Positions 1 through 15,600 of a DNA stretch of 64,000 nt are shown here, in pieces. The notes beneath the pieces are model-generated. The model saw only the letters and a list, made by a program, of their open reading frames with translations, had not been told where the DNA came from and made no database searches. The translations under genes were made by a program, and so were the position numbers. Position 1 is the stretch's first letter; each line of letters opens with the position of its first letter. Source of the DNA: Leucoraja ocellata (taxonomy: Eukaryota); the NCBI GenBank assembly GCA_036785375.1, contig JAWMAR010000650.1, positions 682,001-746,000 on the forward strand, in the 5' to 3' direction.

Positions 1-2699
1 TCTCTTTGTCCAACAGTGGTTGCTAGCTAGCTCACTCCACAAACTAAGAACCCGGCTGATTCCCCTAGTATTTCACCACACGCAACTGTACCCACTGCCC
101 AGTGTGATTTAAAAAATATATATATAAACCAGATAATTCAAACAATATTTGACAACAAACAGCTCATAAAACTGTCTGGCTCATTGTCCTACTCCATTGT
201 GGTAAATTATTTAAATGTGTTCCGCGGGTTCACTTTTTTTTCCAGCACATTACATCGTTCGACAGTCTCGCTTCATTTTGGATGGAGCTGCTTACTTGCA
301 AAGAGGAAGGCGCGTGTGTAATTGTAGATGCTTTAAGGTGCTATTCGGGCGAATGTGCTGCTACTATTCCCCTCACCGGGAACAAAGGCTACCTGGAAAA
401 TTTTAAAGCGCTCTCAAAACACGGGAAAGTTATTTGTCTGAACGCCAAAGTCACTTTATATTGAAGAGATTAAGTTAGAGTCGCTTTTATGCGACCCTTC
501 CCCTACAAGAAATGGCAGCGGTAAATTGTTGTGTCAATACGGAGTCGTCACATTTCCCCTCGATTAAATTTGGGTTGTTGCAAGCAGTTTGTCAAAATGG
601 TAAATTTGGGGTGGGCGATAAAGGTTGTATTTTCCACGCTATCGTCTGGAGCAGTCGTCGGCCACACCAGATGAGAATAGAAAATGAGCGAAATATATTC
701 AGCCCAAACCCTGTTGTGAGGAACAGCTGATTCCCCTATTCTGGCCAGATGGCTTCTGAACACAGATTTGCATTAATTTTCGCCTAATATCTTCAAAAAA
801 AAAATAGTGGTGCAGCTGCATTTGTTGTCCAATACGTTTTAAAACTCTTTGGCTGCAGCGCGGATGGAGCCTCTGTGACGGTTTTGCGGAACTTTCCAGG
901 TTACGTTTTACAGTCAGCTTTAAAAGGATTTGGCTAAAACCCTATAATTTGGTAATCAGATTTAAATCGCCTCGGCGGGTGTAATCTGGTATGAGAACAC
1001 TGTCATTGACTTGGTGCAAAACACGTTTATCAGATTTGAAGGAAATCACTTTAAATATATTTAAAATTAAATAAATGATTGATAAAAAATGTGTTCACTT
1101 CGACTCGCTGGTGTTAAAATTACCAATGTTATATTTATATTGCTGCACTCATTAATTACTAATGCATGTTTACTATAGCGGAGCTTTGCATACATGTACA
1201 AAACAAGTGACTCGCAGAATGAAAATGCGCTTAAACGTTTTACAGGTTTCAAACATCGCACTTAGATAGAAGAAAGGTTTACTTTCTGCAACTTATTTTT
1301 ATTTTCGGTTGAGATGTAATAATTGTGTTAATAACACAGATGTACAAGATCGATACGACACTGATTCCTACAGCTCAGAATCTCTTTTTATTTATTATGC
1401 ATATTGTTCCCTGCACGTTTTGATTTTAAAATACAGACTTAGGATTCTGTAGATCTATATGGCATCTTAATATGTGATGATTGCTTCTGAAGACTAATCT
1501 TATTACTTTCAATCGCCATAAAATATGATTTTATTATACTTACGTATTTAATTAGACGCCAGCAATGTAATGGATTTTGAAATCGGAATAGCAACAGCTT
1601 TGATAATTCACTTATCTGTCGCAATAGTCATTAACCCCCAACACCAGAAAATAGATTGCTCTAACACATCTCTTTCTCACCCTCAGCGGACTATTGAAAT
1701 TCAAGTGTTATGGTGTCCCCAGATAACAGAATTCGGACTTCGATTTTCACCGATTAATTAAAATATTAGCGTACATACTGTGCCAATTGTCAAATAAAGG
1801 ATGGCAGTGCTAATACGAACGAAGAGAAGGGGCTGATTATTGAGTAAGTGACTATCCCTGATTCTCTCCCACCAGCCAGGGTTCCTACCTTTAGTTACAA
1901 AAAAAGCAGAGGGCAGGCTCCGTCCCCAGGGTCCCCTCTTCTGGGCACTAGCTAATATCTCTGAAAGGCTAGTTTTAGTCAACAAAAATCTAGTTAGAAA
2001 TACATGTGGATCTTCAGGAATTCCCGGTGATCGCATATCTTCATACCGTATCATCTAACTTCACATCGTCGTGTAGATTCACCGCCGTTATTGCAGCCCC
2101 TTATATTGTTAATATAAAATGCACCTCAGAATTTGGATATTGATTCAATGGACATACCGAGATCTTTAACCCATAATTGATTATGTGATCACATGGATAG
2201 GAAAAATGTTTGTAATACGCCACTTTACACACAACAAACTACATAAAGAAGACACGTCGTTTGATAAGAACGTGTGTTTTAAATAAACACTAAAGACACC
2301 CCTCTCAACACAGACATAAACATGCACATGCACACACTTACACGCATAGAGACACACAAAATTCAGGTTTGTAATTAATTTGTCAGGTAGCTTCAATGTA
2401 GGATTGTATTGATTTTCTGGCCATATATTGCACTGTCCAGCAACCATTTGTAGTCAAGACCAGTCAAGGCAGATTCTCCACGCGCTATTTTATAAGTTTA
2501 AGTGCAAACTTCATCCGCAAGTTCTCGGTATTGATCAGAGTGTGTTTCAAGTAACAATTTTTACCCTTTTAATTTCTGTTTGAAGACAAACAATTCGCAT
2601 CCGCCGTGTGTATGTGTGTATATATATTTTTTTTTTCCTGAAGGATTCATTATGTTAATAATAATGTCTGCATTTGGATTTTATTGGATGTCAAATTTG

Positions 2700-3593
<894 letters not shown>

Positions 3594-3618
3594 TAATCAA
3601 ATACTACCCTCCATCTGA

Positions 3619-4035
<417 letters not shown>

Positions 4036-4375
4036 TAGGAATGATTTTCTCTTTAAGTGCACAATAACTAACAAGCCTAACGGTACTCAAGAGGCGCCCA
4101 AACCACGTGTAGTTCTGCTTGTTATAACAGCTCTCGGCTGCTAAGAAAAATAGCTGCCTGTTTATGACATTGTGTGTAAATATTATTTTATTACAAAAGC
4201 CTAAAAGCAAAATGTTTCCTATTGCTAGAATGCGGGAACTCGCCGCATACTTAACAAGCCAAAGAATGGCATAACAAGCTGTTAATTATAAGCACATATA
4301 TTTAAAAAGACATGAAAAATAAACTATGGAATACATTGAATTATATAACTACTGATTTATAACGGTTGCTTTTAG

Positions 4376-4439
4376 GAGCCAAATAATGAAAAAACCAACA
4401 ATGGAATACACTACAAACTTCAGTTACTCTACAGCAATG
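4376..4439 (+). CDS. EBF3: EBF3 coding exon 3
   Basis: Acceptor gcttttag|; [21 protein letters not shown](G). 64 nt; donor gtaagt. Confidence 0.97.
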
Positions 4440-5304
4440 GTAAGTTGGACTACAGTGATCTAGAGGGTGTAGCGGTTTGATTTTTCTATTTTAATAGACT
4501 TTGGTTGTGAGGCATGTGGTGTAGATACAAGTCACTGTTTGTATAATTTTGAAGTTCAACCTGGCTAGCAATTAAGCTTAAAAATAAATTTAAAAGATTA
4601 GAATATCAATGTCGCTTCTGCTAGTTTATCGGACATTTGGGTTTGAAAGTGAACATGATGTTGTTCTCATCACTTGAAGTAGTGTCCTCGTGCCATTTCA
4701 ATGTTGTTTTTTTTATCTCATGACCTTTTGGCGTTATCTTAAGGGGCAGCATATTGTCCTATATTGTAACAATTAAACACAGGCAGTAAAATTGTTAGCC
4801 CTAAAAGATTTAGATAGTGCTTATGATTTCCACGATTGTCCATGTGCTCCAGATATGAGTATCATGAACAAAACATTAACTATATCCGTCACATTAGTTA
4901 TCACCATTTGAGTGTAATGTGATACTTGTCCTAAAAGAAAATATACAAAGTATGGGACAAACATTGGCCCCGCGAAAGACCAGCGCTCCACGCTCCACAT
5001 CACTGCAAATTACACATTTCAACTAAACATAAAATTTACAATAAATGTCAAAAAATCATGAATTTCCTGGGATACAGTTTATATTTCTCTGACGAATATT
5101 TTATTCGCGTTTTATCGCCTATCAGCTCGTTTTATTGCATTCATTACAAGGCCACCAGCTCCCACATTTTGCCAAATTAACAGTGCCCTTTAACAGAGCG
5201 ATGTAAACTTGCCTTCCTGTGTTTGAATGACCTAGATCTTGAGACGGCCCATTCATAATTTCATTCTTTTTGTGCCGTTAAATTTGATACTACTTTATTT
5301 CTAG

Positions 5305-5360
5305 GGGTGCGAACAGAACAAGACCTCTACGTCAGGCTCATCGATTCTATGACCAAACAG
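5305..5360 (+). CDS. EBF3: EBF3 coding exon 4
   Basis: Acceptor tttatttctag|; (G)VRTEQDLYVRLIDSMTKQ. 56 nt; donor gtgaga. Confidence 0.97.
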
Positions 5361-7879
5361 GTGAGACAGTCGGGGGAAAAAAACTTTTCATATTTTACCC
5401 TGTAATGTTTCCGGACGCTTAACTCCTTTAACTTTTGAGCCTAACATTGCACACGATTTTACTTGCGTGTGTAGGAAAGCGACACTTTTTTGTTTGGCAA
5501 GTATTTTTAAATGTAATTGCCTGTCATGGAATCAAACACAATTGATTGTGTTTAGTTAAGTTTTACTATGCACGTGTGCCTCAAAAAAAAATCCCGCGTT
5601 AAATTTGCACTTTTGTAAAGAAGGGCGTGATTTGGTTATTGTAGAGCAAGTTGGCGTCTCCATTTGTCTGCGGAGTTAAATGCGCTCAGGTGAAAAGTCA
5701 GCTTGTTCTCTCCTAGTTCCAATTCACCTCTCAGCCCATTCTCCATAATTCAGCTCCACTTTATTTTCTCCCTGCCCAGAAGCTGCAGCTTTGAGTGGGT
5801 GCGCCAGGGGTCACGAAACAGTCCATTTCCTGGGATCAGCTGTATTTCTTTATCATCTGTCTGTCATACATTGTAAATAACATAATTACAGGCGGTTGCT
5901 TATTAAATTATTTAGCCTGTCTTCTGCAACTTCAAAGATGATAAGTGCGGTTGATCAAAAGTGCTGCACAGTAATTAGCCACGGGAGTCGGCACGTTTAC
6001 ATTTCCAATGAAAGTCGCCAAACATTTCAGCATATCCCCCAATACACTCTGTTTTACATTGCATTGTAATGTAATTGTCGTAAAGGCATCATAAATAAAT
6101 AAAGAACATCATTCAAGAAATTGCCCGAATGCCTACTCCTCCATCCGTTGAAAACCGTTATGTTTGCTTGTTTAGTTTTGCATTATTGGGGCAGAGACAC
6201 TCGTTACGTGCCCTACATTCATCTCATGGAATCAGATGTCTTCCTCATCATTCAAATTTCCTAATTAAGTTTGTGGTCACGCAGTGATTTTGCGAGTTGG
6301 GAAAACAAGGGACAGTGTTAACAGTGCCCGCACAGATCCTACGATGACCCATAGATGTCTTGTTTTGGAATTAAAGACCTGAGTCTGCCACGGGATTGAC
6401 ACTGATCATGGGGACCTCAGTGCTATTTCCCACTTGCCACAGTTATTTCAATAGGTCAGAAACCTCCTTGCCGTTCCTCTGTGTTTTTTGAGAGGCGACA
6501 ACATGACATTATTGCCATTTTATCTGAATGGTATACGTTTGCCGAGATCATCGTAGCCTAATTAGGAGGGTGTATTCCCTGCTTCTAAATACCTGGGTAT
6601 GAAGGGACTGTTATTTTAAGAGATATCTACTCTCCGGGGCCACGCATCTTACTATTTTAATGATGCAAACGGCGCTTTGTAAAAACGTTAATCTCACTTG
6701 ATTGATGGAAAACAGCAACGTAAGCGATCAAAGAGTCAACGGCGCAGAACAACTAATTTACTGATTAGGATTTCTGCAGCAAAATGGAAAACAAGAGAAG
6801 CGCGGAACCAAAAAAAAGCGCGCAGGAATGGGCGATTGGGAGGGTTGAACAATAACATTCCCAACTTAGTCATGTTTGATTTCAGTGACAACAATCAGAA
6901 AATAAGCATCTGGAGTGGGGAGGTGCAGCTCGTTACAATGCGAGCAAAGCGGATCTCGTTAGTTGAATAATAAGGGTAGAGACAGCTTGGAACTGGGATC
7001 CGATGCGCTTAGCTGAGTTGTAAAGGAGCGTGGTGCGTTTGTGCGCACTGCTCGCTGGAGAAGACGCGCTGAAAGGCGAGCTAGGAGAAGGCGAACACAC
7101 CTAGAACTCCCACCATCTGGCTGCTGTTAGAACGAATGCTCAATAATTACTCAACCGTACCCACAGACTGTCTTTTTAGAGAAAAAAATCATTGTGTGTA
7201 ATTGAAAAATAAATACCAGATTCACTCCACAGACGCAAATCGCACCAAAAAAAAATAGCAGGATCTTTTTTGTTTTGTGGGCCGTGGATGGGGGTGGGAG
7301 GGAAGGTGAAAGGACAAACTAAGACACAACATTGCTTTACTCCGAAACTTGGTTCGCCGCTTCACAAAATAAATCACGGCACCGTTACACTTCCCCAAAC
7401 ATGGATAGCTGTGGGGACTGGTGCCAGTCAAATGCAATATTTACCAATCAGCGTTTTTTTGTGGTGTTTTTTGTCCTATCTTCACCCCCCCCCCCCCCCC
7501 CCCCCTCATAAAATGCAGGATAAAAATTCAACATGACATGTAATTAATACCTGGGAATGACAAGCGCTCCCCACCTTGTTAAAGGAAAGGTTCTATGATC
7601 GAATCTAACGTGACCGGCAGATTCAGAGTTGCGGGCCGACAGAATTCTCACTTTGGGTTTTTTTCCCCCGTTTTTAATATCCTTTCTAAATATGTATAGG
7701 TTGCCTTAATGCACCACCTTGGGGGAAATCGTTTTAGGTGATCTGAAAACTAGTGTGTTCCTTTATTAAAAATGAGCAGCGTTTTCACGTCGCCAGGTAG
7801 AGCGATATTCAGTCATTGTTCACGTCAACTTTTCAATGTCAAAACGCTGATTGTTTTTTCTCTGGATAATTTGTTTTAG

Positions 7880-7953
7880 CCGATTATATACGAAGGCCAA
7901 GACAAAAACCCCGAAATGTGCAGAGTTCTACTGACACACGAAATTATGTGCAG
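7880..7953 (+). CDS. EBF3: EBF3 coding exon 5 (first half of zinc knuckle)
   Basis: Acceptor ttgttttag|; PIIYEGQDKNPEMCRVLLTHEIMC(S). 74 nt; donor gtaagc. Contains H157 and C161. Confidence 0.97.
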
Positions 7954-9608
7954 GTAAGCCACATGTGGCGTACAAGGTGCTTTGGTCAGTTTGAAAAGTT
8001 GTGTCAGATTTATTCTCCGTTGCACAGTTTCAGTGCGCAAGGCACGGGAGGCAAAACTACCCACTAACGACGGAAACATTTTAACACATGTAAGTTTAAC
8101 GTGGCACAGTATTTTGTTTTTGCGTGCCAGCAATTGAAATAAAACGCTGTTTGGTGCTAAATGCAGCAACCCCCACATCCCCACCCATAGAAATGGAAAG
8201 AGGCGCTTACGTTTTTAAACAAAACGTGAAAGTTATGTGAGATATGTCGTTATAACTCTTGGTAATTACTTAGGCCATGTACACGGGGAAGTTAAATCTG
8301 ACACGTTGTTCACTGCGTCGGATTAATATGCTACTCCTGCAATTGCAATACACTTTTCAGAGAACAACCAAAAACAGGTCGTAGTTTATACACACTAGAA
8401 CGGTTCTTCTATAGGAGTCACTGATCATTCAGTCATTTTACTGTTCTCTTCTTTACCAGCTTGAGCCACAGATAAACCATAATCTGTTATTGATATAAAA
8501 AAAAGAAACTCTTTGTACTTATTGAGCTCATGTATGTGAGAATTGATTTTGATACTGTCAGTTAACCTTTTCTCTAGAGCGGAGATGCATTGTTCATCCT
8601 GTGTTAGATAGCAGACACATAACTAGGATTTGTGTCAGAAGAGCAATTTCCCACCTGTTTTTTTTTCCTCCCCCCTAACTGCCATAAGAGTTTCACACTG
8701 CAAGGGAAATAAAAAATGCATCATTGATTTTGTATGTATTGAATGTGAAAAATAGTTGCTTGTTAGAGCAGGGCTGTTCAGGAAGTGCAGCCAGAATTTC
8801 AGCCTACAGTAGCAGGTAACATACTCTAAGGGGCATACTATTCCTAGCTATTATGCTTATTGCTTAATGTCATTTCACTTAAAACACTGTAACCGTCCTA
8901 ATACACAAAAGCAGAGTTTTCCCTATACTAGGTAATAAGTATAAATTACAACCAATAAAGTGAAATTTCTTTATTATCCACCACTGCATGTACCACAATT
9001 AACATAGAAGAGAGCACAGATGTGANNNNNNNNNNNNNNNNNNNNNNNNNNNNNNNNNNNNNNNNNNNNNNNNNNNNNNNNNNNNNNNNNNNNNNNNNNN
9101 NNNNNNNNNNNNNNNNNNNNNNNNNNNNNNNNNNNNNNNNNNNNNNNNNNNNNNNNNNNNNNNNNAAGATATAATCATGTATTATATTTGCCATATTCTA
9201 ATTTCAATTACAATGCTGAAACATATATTTAATGAAGGATTTTTTTATTCAATAAAAAAAATCACGAAAGGGGGCATACAGACTGTTATGGTTCTAATTA
9301 ATAAATGCCCCACAGTAATATTGGTTGGAGGTGGCATCTTGCATCTTCTCCAGAAATAACAGCTTGACAATTAGAGGTAAACAAAAGCGGAAGCTGTGAA
9401 AACCTATTCCCCAGCCTCCTGCCTCTTTCTTTTCTGAGATCAACGTAAAGACAGACACCACAACATGTTGTTTTGCAATCTTTTAACATTCCCATTATGG
9501 TGCTTGTTCACTGGCCATGATTATATCAAAGTTAATGTTGAGGAAGGGGAAAGGAAGAAAGATAATCATTATTTAAAACACACTTATGGTTATTTCCTTT
9601 ACTTGCAG

Positions 9609-9677
9609 CCGGTGTTGTGACAAAAAAAGTTGCGGCAACAGAAATGAAACTCCCTCAGATCCTGTGATTATTGACAG
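9609..9677 (+). CDS. EBF3: EBF3 coding exon 6 (second half of zinc knuckle)
   Basis: Acceptor ttttacttgcag|; (S)[22 protein letters not shown](R). 69 nt; donor gtatga. Completes H-X3-C-X2-C-X5-C (H157, C161, C164, C170). Reading frame is continuous across all six exons. Confidence 0.98.
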
Positions 9678-12600
9678 GTATGAATGTATTAATATTTATT
9701 CTTTGATGCCCATTACCCTCAGTCTTGCTTTCAGTTCATTCTCTGTATTGTTCCATTTGTTGTCCTTTTGTGTTACCAAGCACAGGTGGGTTGACTTGGA
9801 AACCTGGTGGCTCACTCTGTGGGGATTCAGTAATTGCTTGTGAGTTGTCAAGGGAAGCAGTTTCATCTGCCACCATGCTCACTGTGAAGAGTATTTTATG
9901 CCTAGAGAGTTTTTGGCTTTAAATGTAGATATGCGCTCTAATCTGTTTCTTAGTAACTCCCAAGTATTTTGTGTTCCATTTAGTTGCCATTTGTTTAATA
10001 GTTACGAATTGGCCTCTTTTGTTTGAATGAAACATACCTTGCTGAAAGGCTTGTGACATTAAATTTGTATAACATAGCTGCAGTCACATGTTGAAAGTTA
10101 CTGAAAAGTATAGGTATGATAGCTCAACTCTTTAGCAGATTTTGAACAAAGCTAGGGTTTCAGACGCTTTCATTACTGACGTATCTTCCGATCATGAACT
10201 TTGGTTTCAATGTCTGAAAATTAAACCAGGAAAGACCCTAAGTTAAGCCTGACAAAATATGCACCACCAGTGGAGAGCAGTGCCAATGTTTGATTAGCTG
10301 GAATAGCTGTTTGCTTAGTGGAGAATGTTAGCTATCTGACAGAGGGGACATCTTTCTTATTAGTAATCAAATAGGGCAGACTAGTTGTTGCCATCACTCT
10401 GGGATTGTGTCAGGCAATTGAAGGCAGGTTCAACAGTTTGAAGAACTTGGTGTTAAAAAATCAATACAATTATATTTGTCTTTAGTGTTTCTGTTCTAAT
10501 GGACTCAAAGTAGAATTTCTACATAAAGAGCGTAATTATAATACACTACAATTTTTACTTTATTAGGTGAATATTAAAAATAAATGCGCAACTTATTTTC
10601 TTATCGGCCTTCGTCATTGCTATTGTCTGACATAAGTTATAAAATGATTTTGCATTTATGACTCGGGTTATTATGCTATTTCATTAGAGTGGCTATTGAA
10701 CATCTGTATTGAACTGATATTATGATGTAATTTAAAGACACATTAATATTGCACATTTATTGCGTTATCAATAGTGATGGCATTACTGTATAACCTGTGG
10801 TAAGATTTATGTGAAAAAACTGCTTTATAACAGAGAAAGATGAAATTGTGATTCTAAATCAACGGATTCAAATTTATGCAGTAAATAATACCAATATTAA
10901 ATTACTTTATTCAGTTTAGAGGGATTTTCAGGGTATTTCCACTAATATAATTAGATAATTTTATTTGAAATTTTTTGTAAACATTGATGAGTATGTAAAC
11001 TTCCCCCTTTTAACATCGTCATATATTTCTTCATGAAATAGTTATGTTTAGTTGGACTAACAAAACAACGGTAAAACATATTAATGTTTTAAGAATACGG
11101 ATGTACAATTTATAGCATAACTTGTGCACATGCTGAAACTATGTTATGTATCAAAAAGTCTGCTTTGTTTTCTAAATTTGCCTGAAATATTTTAAATGGT
11201 TTTAAACGTAGAAATATCTAATGAAGGTAATGTTGCACCATCTGCCATGCACTGTTAGGAAAAATAATATACTTTTGCTAGACATGTGAAGCTTGGTTCC
11301 CATGTAGTAATCTAAGACACCAGAATGAATAGTTCCATGGAAAGGTAGAAAAGTTAATATTCTTGACATGTACAGGAAAAGCATGAAAGTTAATGTGTAA
11401 ACATCTCGACCTACATGGAGAAATGGCTCCAAGTCTTCACAGACATTAAAACAAAGTTGAAGTGAGAGAACCTGTATTTGCAGAGTTTTGTCCCCTGTTT
11501 TGTTGTATGGCTTAGAGTCCCCTGTTGAGCAATCTCATCACTTGGCTAGTTGGTTCTAAAAGGAATCACAGAGAGCACGCTCTACCAGTTCCTTTTTGCC
11601 CTCGGACACATTTAGCAGGTTCTGAACAGATAAGGCATACAGTATTTGTCCTTAGGATATGAACCAATAATTCAATCTTGAATTGAGATCTATGACCACA
11701 CATTTGTTCCAGCTCAGGTCCAGGCAGCGTTCCGTAAATCAAAGCCATTGTCCATCGTTAGGTGGAAAAAAAAGCAGCTTACTGCAAATAAACTGTTTGG
11801 AGGAAAATCTTTTGAGTTAACTGTATTCAGGGGAGCGGGGCTTTTGGGGAGGGAGAGATGGGGATGGGGAGGGGAGAAGAATGAACATTTACGCTCTGTT
11901 GTATTGCTGGGCAGGATGAGAATATCATTTTCATAGTAAAATAATGTTTTCTGGGAAAACAAAAAAAACACACAGATGTTTCTTATTAGGAACACCCATT
12001 GTCTGTATCACACAAATCTAAAGAGATAAATCCTATTTCTCCGATACATTCTGATGGTCTTAAATGATTACAGGATACTGTGAATGCTGTTTAAATTAGA
12101 ACATAATCTGTGCTAAAATAATTCTTCCGTGCTAGTGTAGCATGTTTTATTGCAAACTGCGGAAATTCCTGGAAAGGTACATCCTTTTCCTTCCCCGTGT
12201 GAGTTCAATGTAAATGGATGCAATGTCCAACTGTTGAAAATTGAAAAGACTGATTGTTGAGGAAGACAAGAGGAGGCAGGATTATATTACAATCACAACA
12301 CAGCACAGCAACGCTCTAGTGAGAGCTGTGGTGGCTGTGCTGGGATACATTAAATGGGTTCACGATACATTACAGATAGCACACACAGCAGAATGTTCCC
12401 AGTGGCACCCGTGCAGTCAAATAGCAAGTTGGCATCTTTACTAGTAGTAACTGGCATCCCCTGTAGAGCTGGCATTTCTGTACAGTTCAGGAGACTTATC
12501 ATTCCAAGTGTGTCCTATTTTCCTGTACAGCAGCCAGACATCTGTTTATCCCATTTTCTCTCTCTTGGAGCGATTGGAATGGCTTTAGTTTAGTGAAAAG

Positions 12601-15600
12601 TTTAGTCAGGTTTAACAGCTGTTACTGAATTTCAAGCCTGCTGGTTTCTAAAATATTTTCTGTGGCCTTTGGAGCTGTATGATTTTTAATGGTTCTGAAA
12701 CAATGTGAATTCATGATTTTTTTAAAATTATTTTGCAATGGTCAATATCACTGAATGTGATTGGTGAGAAATACTCTTCTGGGCATGTCATTATACATGT
12801 GCGGGATCAAATGTTTTGGTTCAATAACAACCGTTACTTAAGACCTATTTTAAGTTTTTAAGTGATGGTAGCATAGTAGCCAAAGACTGATTTTCAGTTT
12901 TCTTAGTCAACATTGGTTCCTTTCACTTCCTGTCACAAAGGTCAAAGAAAGCTGACCTTTGCTGGCAGCTTCAGTTGTTGAATAATTCATGTGATTGACT
13001 TTTTGTCAGTGCACACAGTTGTGCTCAGGGACATTTTATTCATTTACCTCATTTAAAGCGCCTTTCTGCACCTGTTCAACTATTAATATCATGTAATTTG
13101 TGCCTAATGCCGATTTTGCTTAACATTCATTATATTTCTTATTAGCTATATTTCCAAACGATTATGTATGATTATTACTAGACCCTAGGAACAGTGATGG
13201 GTTATTCCCCAGACCTTTACATCGTCTTGTCAGGCTGTTTTCGGAAGCATTGAGAATAAACAGTTGACCAATCCCAGTGTTTTTGTTCCTAGTCCATATC
13301 CAACCAGCAGTTAAAACACTTTCCCTTATGGCTTTGGAAAAGCATGATTAAACCCTACACTGTTGAAGCTGTACAAATGCCAGCATTTATAAGGTCAACG
13401 GTTTTGTTAAAAATGCAATGTAAATTAGAATTTGTGGAAAGGGACATTAAACAAAATTTAATTCATTGTCTTCTTGAATGCCATTTATGTTTTGGCTGAG
13501 CCTGGGAATGACAAGCAGGATTTTCAAAATTTAATAATTTTAAATTAAACATTGTTTTGTTATCTAGCACCTAGTAGGCTACAGTGTTTGGACAATTAAT
13601 GCAAAGCTGTGATTGTTGGTGGTTTCCACTGTATGTTTAGAGATTATATAGAACCCTTCTTTGAATGGCATGTTGTCATTACATCTGCATAATGTAATTA
13701 GAGCAACACACAGTTTGGTGTTAAGTTTTGCTCTTCATGTAATAGTGTACATTAGCGTGCCAATGCCAAAAGATAGGGCGGATATTTTCTCAGCTTTTTT
13801 TGCTTTGCGTCAATTTGATTTTCCATGCTGCACCTTGTACCAAATAGACTGCAAAGTCTTCCGCGTGTACACTTGTTTCTTTCTTCCACTGGTGTTTCTG
13901 CACAGATTTCAAGGATGCAGTAAATTTCAGATTAATGAGTATGGCAGTAGAGAATACATTTCAGGTCAGGAGAAAGTACAAGTGCAGTCTCCATACAAGT
14001 ACACAGGTGTGAACATTTCTGCATTATTTATGGCCATCTCACATCTCTTGCGCTATTGAGGAAAAGCAAAACAATTTTGAGAAGTGCTGTGCTCATTCAG
14101 TCTTCAATACTAAATATAACCCAGTGACTAAAGTGGAAATGGAAGGAACAGAGACAGTGCCGGAGCTGTGTTGGGGTGGTGTGGGGATAAGGGCTATGGA
14201 GGGAGGGGGGGTAGGTTAGGGGACCACAGTAGGGAGGGGTGGAGACGAGGAGGAAGCCTCGGGAGAAGTCAACAATGTAAAATTAAAGGGGAATAAAGAG
14301 GATGCTTATATACAAAAAGATACTGAGAAAACACGTGGGAGAGAATGAGAGGAACAGTAAGGGAAAGGGAGACAAGCCAAGCTATCAAAACTATACAACA
14401 TGAGGAACCTGATAAAAAACCATTCTGTGCTTCTGTTGCGGGCTTATCAGGTGAAAAGGAGAGATAGTGTCACAGCCTGTAATTTTGTTTGGAAGTCTTT
14501 GATAAATTGCGTTAGTTTATGGAAAAGTCTACCAAAATCAGAACACTGTTTTTCCAGTGTGAGAGAAATGGATGATTTTTATCAGCAAATGAACAAGATT
14601 TCTTTCCATAAACTTAAGTCAGAATAAACCATGAAAGTGGAAATGGAGCTGTTTGAACAAAGTTTTAATAACAAACTTTATTCAATCCCAAAACTCGCTC
14701 AGAGTGCTTGTTATGTAGCCAAAAATGACGTAATGGTACACATCATTTATTTCCACAAAATCGTAATCATTTGTAAGAAAACAAGAATTGATGTTGGTGG
14801 CGTGGGTGGAGAGGGGGTGGTGCGGGGGTGGGGGGGAGGGAGGGCCGTGTGTGGCAGAGGAAGTTGTCGTACATTACAGATGGAAATTCTGAGCTTCAGC
14901 GAAGGAGGTTTCCACAGCACAAGCCAGAGCAAGATTGACAGACAAGACTACAGGAAGTGAAATCTCAGGGAGCTTAACCTGTACTTGGCAGACCATCCAC
15001 AGATTACAGAGGAGAGAAAATAAACAAAAAAACACTTATTTTGGCTGATCTATCAGTCAATATATAATGGATGTTGGTTGGAACATAGAATTCTTTTTTA
15101 TTGTTTTAACTTACTTTCTTTACGCATTGTGCAAAACATATCACTGAAACATAAACTCAAATGAATTATTTGTGTACCTCAAAACACATTTTATTGGAAT
15201 TAACACGTAATCAGATTCATGGATAATATTCGCTAATATCTACAAAGTAATCATGCGTAGAAAGATTTTTATGTTATTGAGATTTGAACCTCTTTAGTAA
15301 ATTTAGCCGGGCCAAATAGGAGATAAGGATTACTTAAGTAAGGTAGTTTGATACAATGAAGTTTGTTTTAACGAGGTTTGATTGCAATTTAGCATAGCGC
15401 AGAAGTAAACTAAACTAAAATCCACTGTTATCTTTTTATTCCTAATGATGAATACTGTAATGTGGAACAGCTGGTTAGCTTGCTAGAGCCCATGTTGTGT
15501 TTCTCAAATAGTAAATTCATTGGGAAATGAGTTGAACATATGTGCAAAGGAAAGGCTTTACATTTGTGTTGTTGTAAGACATGTCGAGTGGGCCCAGCTA

